DNA of 64,000 nt from a virus. The translations under genes and the position numbers were made by a program. The stretch is from the IMG/VR virus record IMGVR_UViG_3300045988_170206, positions 1 to 64,000 of that record; one strand, written 5' to 3'. The stretch's first letter is position 1, and each line of letters opens with the position of its first letter. Shown here piece after piece: positions 16,392 to 22,402 of the stretch. A model generated the notes under the pieces. That model saw nothing but the letters and a program-made list of their open reading frames with translations, was not told the origin of the DNA and searched no databases.

Positions 16392-17357
16392 TTACTTGTG
16401 GAGCGTCGTAAACCAGGTGGTTTGGCCATTTAGGAGCGGCTTCGCCTGTGTCGCGTCGAGAACAGCGACGGGTGGGGGCGTGCGGTTGGGGCCGGGGCTG
16501 CTGGCGGTTGCTGCTGCCCATGCTGCTTGGTAGTTGTCGTCAGGCTGGGCGGGGGTGCGGTAGCCGGCGACGTAGAGTGTCGGTGTGGCGTTGAGGGTGG
16601 CGAGGTCAAACATGGATGCGACGGGGGTGGTGGGGGTCTGGTTCCACGGGTAGACGAGCGCGGCGATGTCCCACCCGTCGGGGAGGTTGCGGACCTGGAG
16701 GTGGTTGTCTGCGTCGAGGCTGCGGAACATGGCCTCCCATGTGGCCATGGAGGCGTTGGCGGTGACCATGTTCGTCACGTTGTCTGCGTCTGGGGTTCCG
16801 GCGTTCATGTGGGCGACGTAGAGGACGGGTGTTGCGCCGTCGGAGAGGAACACGTACCCGTCGAGGCTGGTGGGGCAGTCGTTGGGGGTGTCGGTGAGTG
16901 TGGGGGCGTAGGCGACGGGGTAGATGCCTGTCTTGAGGTACTGGTAGCGGCTGGTGAGCGCGTCTTGGACCTGTGTGCGTTGGGAGAGGCATGTGTCGTG
17001 GTAGGTGACGTTGCTGGTGTTCCAGGCTGCGCCGTCGGGGAGTGACGGGAATAGCGTCCATGCGGTCTCGTCGCCGTTGGCTGGCTTGTCGGTGCGGGTC
17101 TTGTCGAGGCCTCGTTCTGACCTGCGGGTGATGTCTTCGACGTGGGATTGGGCTTCCTGGTATGCGTCGCGCTCAGGGTTGAATGCTCCGGCTAGGTGCA
17201 TCACGATAGCAACGATGACGATGACGAGGAGGATGAGAGCTGCGGGGATCGTGAACACGGCGGTTGTGCGGGCTTTCTCCTGTCCTTCTTCGCTCTCGTA
17301 GTCCCAGGAGTCGATGGCGGCTTCTGCGCGCTTGTAGGGGCTGCGGGGGAGTCTCAT
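16392..17357 (-). CDS. Bitopic membrane protein with ~250-aa extracytoplasmic domain (321 aa)
   Basis: ATG at 17357 forms an ATGA overlap with the stop of the DUF4326 gene. TM segment AVFTIPAALILLVIVIVAIVMHLAG. The Arg-rich 23-aa extension in the ORF track was rejected. Confidence 0.6.
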   Translation of the reverse strand: MRLPRSPYKRAEAAIDSWDYESEEGQEKARTTAVFTIPAALILLVIVIVAIVMHLAGAFNPERDAYQEAQSHVEDITRRSERGLDKTRTDKPANGDETAWTLFPSLPDGAAWNTSNVTYHDTCLSQRTQVQDALTSRYQYLKTGIYPVAYAPTLTDTPNDCPTSLDGYVFLSDGATPVLYVAHMNAGTPDADNVTNMVTANASMATWEAMFRSLDADNHLQVRNLPDGWDIAALVYPWNQTPTTPVASMFDLATLNATPTLYVAGYRTPAQPDDNYQAAWAAATASSPGPNRTPPPVAVLDATQAKPLLNGQTTWFTTLHK

Positions 17358-17956
17358 TGCGCGTCTCCTACCGTCTCGTACTGAGCGTTGTACTCGTCTG
17401 TGGTCATGACTTCCCAGTCGCCCCACCCGTGGGGGCCTTCGACGATCACGGTGCCGGGGCGTGCGACGAGGCCCGTGTTGTGTCCGAGGGATAGGTAGTA
17501 GCCATGCTGGTCGCGGTTCAGGGTGAACGACTGGTAGTACTTCTCTGCGAGTTCTTCGATGGATGCTTCGGTGACGAAGAAGGCCGTATAGTCGGCATCT
17601 TCACGTCGAACTGCGTTCACTACGTGGACCGCAGACTTGGCGGCTTGCGGGTTGGCGACGGTGAGGAGCACGTCGGCGTGGCATGGCTTGTTGCTTGGGC
17701 ACCAGCACATGAGGTCGTGTCCGGCGAGGTGCTTGCGGGCATGGCGTGCGACTGCCTGCCCGTCTGGGGTGGAGCGCAGCCATTTGGTGAACAGGGCGAC
17801 TGCCTCCTCGTGGGTGGCGACGATCCCCGGCTGTGGTGCTGCTGCGGGGTCTACCTTCCACGGGTTGCCGTAGATACTTCCCCTACCGACGTAGACGGCC
17901 CCGGCGGGGGCTTTCCATCCGCGAGTGCGTTGACGTTGAATGCGCTTAGGGCTCAT
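17354..17956 (-). CDS. DUF4326-domain protein with extra C-terminal domain
   Basis: N-terminal GAVYVGRGSIYGNPWKV ... LAGHDLMCWCPSNKPCHADVLLTVAN matches the DUF4326 signature (vyvGRps.wGNPf ... L.Gk.L.CwC....CHadvL). ATGA overlap with the upstream gene. Confidence 0.65.
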   Translation of the reverse strand: MSPKRIQRQRTRGWKAPAGAVYVGRGSIYGNPWKVDPAAAPQPGIVATHEEAVALFTKWLRSTPDGQAVARHARKHLAGHDLMCWCPSNKPCHADVLLTVANPQAAKSAVHVVNAVRREDADYTAFFVTEASIEELAEKYYQSFTLNRDQHGYYLSLGHNTGLVARPGTVIVEGPHGWGDWEVMTTDEYNAQYETVGDAQ

Positions 17957-18519
17957 AGTGTGTCTCTTTCTGTGGGAGCGTTGACGGCTCCCAGGTAGCG
18001 GGTGATGATTCCTCGATGTTGAGGATGCCTCGTGATGAACTTCCAGAGGTTGCTCGCTGCCGTTGGGTGGATGGAGGCGTTCTCGATCATGACGGTCAGG
18101 TTCACGCCTTCGCGTTCGTACCGCTCGGTGAGGGCCTGTATCTCTTGCCTGAGTTCCGCATCTTCGTCGTAGATGCCGAAGTGCTGATCGGGCTTGTATG
18201 CCTCGGGAGCGCGGTTGATGAGCTCGTGTTCCGTGAGCCCGTATGCGGTAACAGCGAGGGGACTACCGTCGCTGGCGTGATCGGCTAGGAGGGGGATGTC
18301 GCGCTGCCACATGCTGCGCTGCCTGTGTCCAGCGTTGACTGCGACGGTACGCGAGTAGGCTGCGGCGTTGAGCTTCACTGCCTTGTCGGGGTTGGCGAGG
18401 AAGCTGGTGATGATCTCGACGGTTGGAACGTCAACATGCTTGGCGATGGTGTCGATGTTGGCGAAGATGCCCCAGACCTGGTGATGGCTGGGGCGACGCA
18501 CGCGGGGGAAGTACTTCAC
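17953..18519 (-). CDS. Hypothetical protein (188 aa)
   Basis: GTG start overlapping (GTGA) the stop of a 32-codon micro-ORF. Confidence 0.55.
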   Translation of the reverse strand: MKYFPRVRRPSHHQVWGIFANIDTIAKHVDVPTVEIITSFLANPDKAVKLNAAAYSRTVAVNAGHRQRSMWQRDIPLLADHASDGSPLAVTAYGLTEHELINRAPEAYKPDQHFGIYDEDAELRQEIQALTERYEREGVNLTVMIENASIHPTAASNLWKFITRHPQHRGIITRYLGAVNAPTERDTL

Positions 18520-18614
18520 GCTGCCTTCTTTGCGACTTGCTTAAGGCGTTGTTCGCGCAGGAAGTCCTTGAGCTTGGCCAAGTCGTAGTACGTGGCGGTC
18601 TCTGTCTGCTTCAT
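18516..18614 (-). CDS. Candidate micro-ORF (32 aa, MKQTETATYYDLAKLKDFLREQRLKQVAKKAA)
   Basis: Not in the ORF track (<60 aa). It exactly fills the gap between two genes, with an ATGA overlap at its start (18611-18614) and a GTGA overlap at its stop (18516-18519). Predicted amphipathic helix. Confidence 0.4.
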   Translation of the reverse strand: MKQTETATYYDLAKLKDFLREQRLKQVAKKAA

Positions 18615-19099
18615 GAGCCCTCTCCCATCTTCTTCGTAGTGGCCTCTACCGCAACGACTGTGGGGCGCGCGCACGCAGCGAGGATGAATAGGTTCACGCC
18701 GGGAACAACCACTAGGAGCGATGGTGTCCAGTGGTAGCCCGCATCAACGAGCCTGCGGCTTGTGGCGGCGAGGAACGGGAACGTCTGGATGATGAGCCAG
18801 ACCGAGAACCCGAGAATGATGGGGATCGCTCGAGCGATGGCCTCGTGCCGGTTATGGAAGAAGTCGCCGCGGGTGGTAGCGACGTAGATGAGGCCGGTTG
18901 TCCACCACCACCACACGATCAGGGTTGTGGCGGCGTAGAAGCCTGCGGTGGGCCAGTAGTCGCGTCGGCTCATGGGCGTAGCAAAATCAAGAGCTTGCGT
19001 GTAGAAGTTCTTGACGATGGAGCCAGCGCGTTTGAGGGCTGGGGGAATGGGGATGTCGGTGATCTGAACGTCTGGGTCGAGGTCTGGGTGTTTTGTCAT
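18611..19099 (-). CDS. DUF805-family inner-membrane protein
   Basis: MSRRDYWPTAGFYAATTLIV (GRasRreFWwf-like) and LAATSRRLVDAGYHWTPSLLVVVPGVNLF (vRRLHDtGrsGWw-like) around several TM segments. ATGA overlap with the upstream gene. Confidence 0.55.
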   Translation of the reverse strand: MTKHPDLDPDVQITDIPIPPALKRAGSIVKNFYTQALDFATPMSRRDYWPTAGFYAATTLIVWWWWTTGLIYVATTRGDFFHNRHEAIARAIPIILGFSVWLIIQTFPFLAATSRRLVDAGYHWTPSLLVVVPGVNLFILAACARPTVVAVEATTKKMGEGS

Positions 19100-19560
19100 G
19101 GGTGTGGTCTTTCTGTGTTGTCTGGCTGGTCGGGCATGATGCTGACGTACTCTTCGGGTTCGCGTGGCGCGTTGAGAAGTGCCTTGGCTTTCGGGTTTGC
19201 TCTGATCGCCACTTCGACGACGGGCTGAGGGAGACGGTCAATGCCTTGCCACATGAGGGGCCGGATCAGGTTCCGGTACTTCTCAGGCTGATGACCTTCC
19301 CAGAGGATGCGCGCGATGATGGGTGAACGCACCTGGAAGATGACCGGGTACTGGACTTTCTTCGCGAGCGCCGGGAGCGCGAGATTAAGTTTCGCGAGGA
19401 GTTCCCCGGTGCGGCTGACGTTCTCCGCGTCGGACGGGCGGTATGTGCGCCACCAGACGGGTTCCTTAACGCCCTTGATGAACAGGGCGACGCACGTGTG
19501 CCCGGCGGCGTTCGTGTAGACGCTGATGAGGTTGCGGGGGGTCTTGCGGGGCGTGGTCAC
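19096..19560 (-). CDS. Hypothetical protein (154 aa)
   Basis: GTG start in a GTGA overlap with the upstream stop. Confidence 0.55.
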   Translation of the reverse strand: MTTPRKTPRNLISVYTNAAGHTCVALFIKGVKEPVWWRTYRPSDAENVSRTGELLAKLNLALPALAKKVQYPVIFQVRSPIIARILWEGHQPEKYRNLIRPLMWQGIDRLPQPVVEVAIRANPKAKALLNAPREPEEYVSIMPDQPDNTERPHP

Positions 19561-20165
19561 TTCTTCTCCAGTTGCTTCCAGGTTGTCGTGAGGTCTTCCT
19601 CGAACTCGAGGAGGGTTTCGTACACGCGGCCAGCGTGTAGGGATACCGTGTCGTTGGGGATCGCGAGGCGGGCCTGCACGTAGGGCACGCCGCCGTCCTT
19701 GATGGGCTTGTAGGCTCGCTCGAGTGGCGCATCGTCGGCGTATAGAGCGTCAGCTTCATCTTGGCCCACGTGGGGGAGATGCGGGAGGGCAACAAACTCA
19801 GCCGGTGTCAGGTCCGCGAGCGCGACTGCTTCGCTGATGTCGTCCGCGAGCGCAGGGTCCGCGCCTTCGTAGAGAGGTTCCCCTGGCTGCACTGTGAGGA
19901 TCGAGAGCGGGTTGCGAGTGCCTGTCTGTTCGACGTACTTGTGCACATCGTCAGGGCTGACGGTCGCCACTCCGATCCCCTGAATGGCGCGGTAGGCGTA
20001 GTCCTCGATCTTTGCGGGGCAGCGCGGGTTTACGCAGGTGATCGCTGCGAGGTCGATCCTGGATGCGAGGGGCCACTCGCATCGTGGACACTGCGCGGGG
20101 AGGGCTGATGCGAGCTTGGGGGCTACAGCGTGTAGGCGTTTGGCGACCTCGGTGATGAGGGGCAC
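19557..20165 (-). CDS. Stand-alone protein resembling the C4 zinc-finger + helix-hairpin-helix region of NAD-dependent DNA ligase LigA (no adenylation domain)
   Basis: CPRCEWPLASRIDLAAITCVNPRCPAKIEDYAYRAIQGIG parallels LigA CPvCgs.L....ge...rC.N..CPAq..e.l.Hf.sr.amdI.GlG. Downstream, LTPAEFVALPHLPHVGQDEADAL is HhH-like. Preferred start is GTG 20165, 7 nt after GGAAGGAG. An alternative ATG lies at 20204. Confidence 0.45.
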   Translation of the reverse strand: MPLITEVAKRLHAVAPKLASALPAQCPRCEWPLASRIDLAAITCVNPRCPAKIEDYAYRAIQGIGVATVSPDDVHKYVEQTGTRNPLSILTVQPGEPLYEGADPALADDISEAVALADLTPAEFVALPHLPHVGQDEADALYADDAPLERAYKPIKDGGVPYVQARLAIPNDTVSLHAGRVYETLLEFEEDLTTTWKQLEKK

Positions 20166-20270
20166 CGGCTCACTCCTTCCTGTGAGTCGTTTCGTTACCC
20201 TCATAGTTTATCGCATTTTGGGGCAAAACCACGGGAAATAGCCCATTGTGAGCATGTTTCGGGGCATGGG

Positions 20271-20309
20271 AAACCCCCTGCCGTTCCCAAAGCGAGATGC
20301 GGCAGGGGG
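20271..20309 (-). terminator. Terminator hairpin after the HD-domain gene (minus strand)
   Basis: Perfect 10-bp stem CCCCCTGCCG (20274-20283) / CGGCAGGGGG (20300-20309). On the minus strand it is followed by TTTCCC. Starts 9 nt after the stop at 20318. Confidence 0.55.
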
Positions 20310-20317
20310 TGGTGGGG

Positions 20318-20779
20318 TCAGAGCCAGGACGTTGGTAGGCCTCGCTTGGCGAGCTCGTACTTGATGCGGTCGGCGACTTCGCGCGCAAGGGCGAGGCGCG
20401 GGTTGTCGGCTCCGTAGCGTTCTTCGATGTCCTTGAGGCGGTCCTCCATGCGCATGGGCGCGCCGGTCGGTGAGGTTGTCATGTCGGCGGCGTTGATAAT
20501 CAGGAGCTCATCATCCATGTAGCCGACGGTGGGGTCTCCGTGATCGTAGACGGCATCTGCTGCGACTCCCAGGCCGATGAGGACCCTGCCGCCTGCGTGA
20601 GCGTGGTCGTCAGGGTCGAAGGCGTATCCAACGTCGTGTAGGAGCCCAAAGATGTAGATCTCGCGCGCCCGATCCTCGGTCTTCCCGAAGACGGTCTTGG
20701 CGATCTCGTAGGCGCGGTTCGCGGTGGCGTTCATGTGGGCGAGGCGGCTGGGAGTAAGGGGTGTGAGGGTGGTGGTCAT
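20318..20779 (-). CDS. HD-domain phosphohydrolase (153 aa)
   Basis: IFGLLHDVGY (H...HD) and DDHAHAGG. ATG at 20779 is in an ATGA overlap with the metallophosphoesterase stop. The Arg/Pro-rich 121-aa extension in the ORF track (to 21142) overlaps that gene out of frame and was rejected. Confidence 0.7.
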   Translation of the reverse strand: MTTTLTPLTPSRLAHMNATANRAYEIAKTVFGKTEDRAREIYIFGLLHDVGYAFDPDDHAHAGGRVLIGLGVAADAVYDHGDPTVGYMDDELLIINAADMTTSPTGAPMRMEDRLKDIEERYGADNPRLALAREVADRIKYELAKRGLPTSWL

Positions 20780-21417
20780 GCGCGGGTTCCTTTCGGGGTG
20801 ATGTGGGCGCGGATTTGGTCGAGGCTGACGGGCTGGTAGGCCCATGCGTCTACTCCGACGTTGATGTCGAAGGTGCCCCATTCGGGGCGGGTGGGTGTTT
20901 GGTCGTGGGTGTGTCCGTAGAGGAGGATGTGGGTCGCGTCGCGGGTGAGTGAGTTGCTGTAGAGGACTTTCGGGTCGAAGGCGTTGGATGAACACCCGGC
21001 GGGTACGCCTGTGTGGGCGACCATGTTGGCAACCTGCCTGGACGGGTAATGCGACAGGATGAGCATCGGCATGTCGGCGACCTGGAGGACCATCGAGTCG
21101 GTGATCGTCGAGAACACTTCCGCGAGGTGCAGTGTCGCCCACCTGGCCTTCGGATCATGGTTGCCGCGGACGAGGTGCATGTGCTTGTAACCGACACGCT
21201 TGGACACTGGGGCCAGGAGTGCGACGGCATGGTCGATGTCGCGTTTCCTACCGAGCGAGAGGTCACCGAGGATGTAGAGGTCATCCCCGGATTGGAGGCA
21301 GCGTAGGAGGTTGCTGACGATCAACTGGTCGTGCTGTTCGACGCTGCGCGCCCCACGATGCACAAGGGCGACGCTCTCGTGGCCAAGGTGTAGGTCGCTA
21401 GTGAACCAGTGCGTCAT
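20776..21417 (-). CDS. Calcineurin-like metallophosphoesterase
   Basis: Motifs SDLHLGH (DxH), ILGDLSLG (GD), VRGNHD (GNHD/E) and LLYGHTHD (GHxH). ATGA overlap with the SpoVG-like gene. Confidence 0.8.
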   Translation of the reverse strand: MTHWFTSDLHLGHESVALVHRGARSVEQHDQLIVSNLLRCLQSGDDLYILGDLSLGRKRDIDHAVALLAPVSKRVGYKHMHLVRGNHDPKARWATLHLAEVFSTITDSMVLQVADMPMLILSHYPSRQVANMVAHTGVPAGCSSNAFDPKVLYSNSLTRDATHILLYGHTHDQTPTRPEWGTFDINVGVDAWAYQPVSLDQIRAHITPKGTRA

Positions 21418-21698
21418 GGGCGAGCGCCTTTCATGCTTTCGTATGCGGCGACGATACTGTCACGTAGGGCGGCGTAGAAGTCTCGGTTGATGGGGTGGTA
21501 GACCTCGTAGCGTCGCCCTTTGGAGACGTTGTACTGCGAGGGCATTCGGAGACTGTAGGTCGAGTCTGGTTCTCTGATGAGGCGCATGTCTGTGATGACG
21601 AGGAAGTCGCCGATATAGGCGGCTGCTTCGCAGAGGAACCCGCGTGTTGTTTCGTCGGGGATGTGGGTGATCTTCACGCGCGTGATTTCCGGTGTCAT
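21414..21698 (-). CDS. spoVG: SpoVG-family nucleic-acid-binding protein
   Basis: ITRVKITHIPDETTRGFLCEAAAYIGDFLVITDMRLI...YSLRMPSQ...YEVYHPINRDFYAALRDSIVAAYE follows the SpoVG pattern (i.dVri..i...g.lkAfasv..dd.fvihdirvi.g..G.fvaMPS......d.aHPin...r..i...v..aY). Confidence 0.65.
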   Translation of the reverse strand: MTPEITRVKITHIPDETTRGFLCEAAAYIGDFLVITDMRLIREPDSTYSLRMPSQYNVSKGRRYEVYHPINRDFYAALRDSIVAAYESMKGARP

Positions 21699-22390
21699 AG
21701 GTAGAGCCGTCCTTGTCTGCTGACGATGTTGCCGACGCGGATCTGCTTTTCGACGGCGGCGCGTGGGAAGTATCGGATGGTGTCCTCGAAGGTTGCGCCG
21801 GGGTGGGCGCGTAGGAACTCGCTGATGGTGGCGGGCGCTTCGTACACGGAGTCCGTGACGGCCCCTGTAGGCGCGTGTGCGGCACGAACAGGCTTCGACA
21901 CTACCGCTGGGCCTTTGGCGCGCCCTGCGGGACTCTGTGAGGCTTGCTGAGTGCGACGGCGGCGCTCACCATCAGCATCACGACGAGAATCCTTGCTGCT
22001 CGTCGCCTTGGTCTGTGTGACACGGCTGCGGGTGGCCTTCCGGTCGGGAGCACTTGGCGCTGGCCGTTGATGGTTAGGATCAGCACTCATGGCCTCCAGT
22101 TCAGAGTCGGGGAAGCTACTGACCAGAGCCGTGAGAGCATCGCCAGTCAGGGGCGCTTCGCCTTGGATCCGTCGTAGCGGCTCGATGTACTCCGAGCGGG
22201 TGGCCGGAGTGATGGGGCGGGGGTGGGAGAGGAACGCAAAGCCTTGCTCTCGTTCTGTCTGCTCGAACTCGTCGAACATCTCCTGCATGAGGGCTTCGTA
22301 GTCGCCGGTGCCGATCACCCGGTTCTGGTGGTAGGTGGTTTGAGCGGCTTGGAGCTGCTGTGCGACTTCGGGGTCGATGTCCAGGATCAT
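21695..22390 (-). CDS. Hypothetical protein (231 aa) with basic disordered centre
   Basis: ATG with AGGAGA RBS, 12 nt after the T4CP stop. The centre is rich in R/S/T/K. The C-terminus (ISEFLRAHPGATFEDTIRYFPRAAVEKQIRVGNIV) could be wHTH-like, at low certainty. Confidence 0.6.
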   Translation of the reverse strand: MILDIDPEVAQQLQAAQTTYHQNRVIGTGDYEALMQEMFDEFEQTEREQGFAFLSHPRPITPATRSEYIEPLRRIQGEAPLTGDALTALVSSFPDSELEAMSADPNHQRPAPSAPDRKATRSRVTQTKATSSKDSRRDADGERRRRTQQASQSPAGRAKGPAVVSKPVRAAHAPTGAVTDSVYEAPATISEFLRAHPGATFEDTIRYFPRAAVEKQIRVGNIVSRQGRLYL

Positions 22391-22402
22391 GATTCGTGTC
22401 TC

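Noticed and set aside
20780-21142. N-terminal 121-aa extension of the HD-domain ORF (ORF track 20318..21142)
   Set aside because: The extension is Arg/Pro/His-rich and overlaps the metallophosphoesterase gene out of frame. An internal ATG at 20779 gives a classic ATGA coupling. The same logic was applied to the extensions of 16392..17426, 28492..29859, 43943..44509, 44945..46129, 56208..58073 and 58615..59952.
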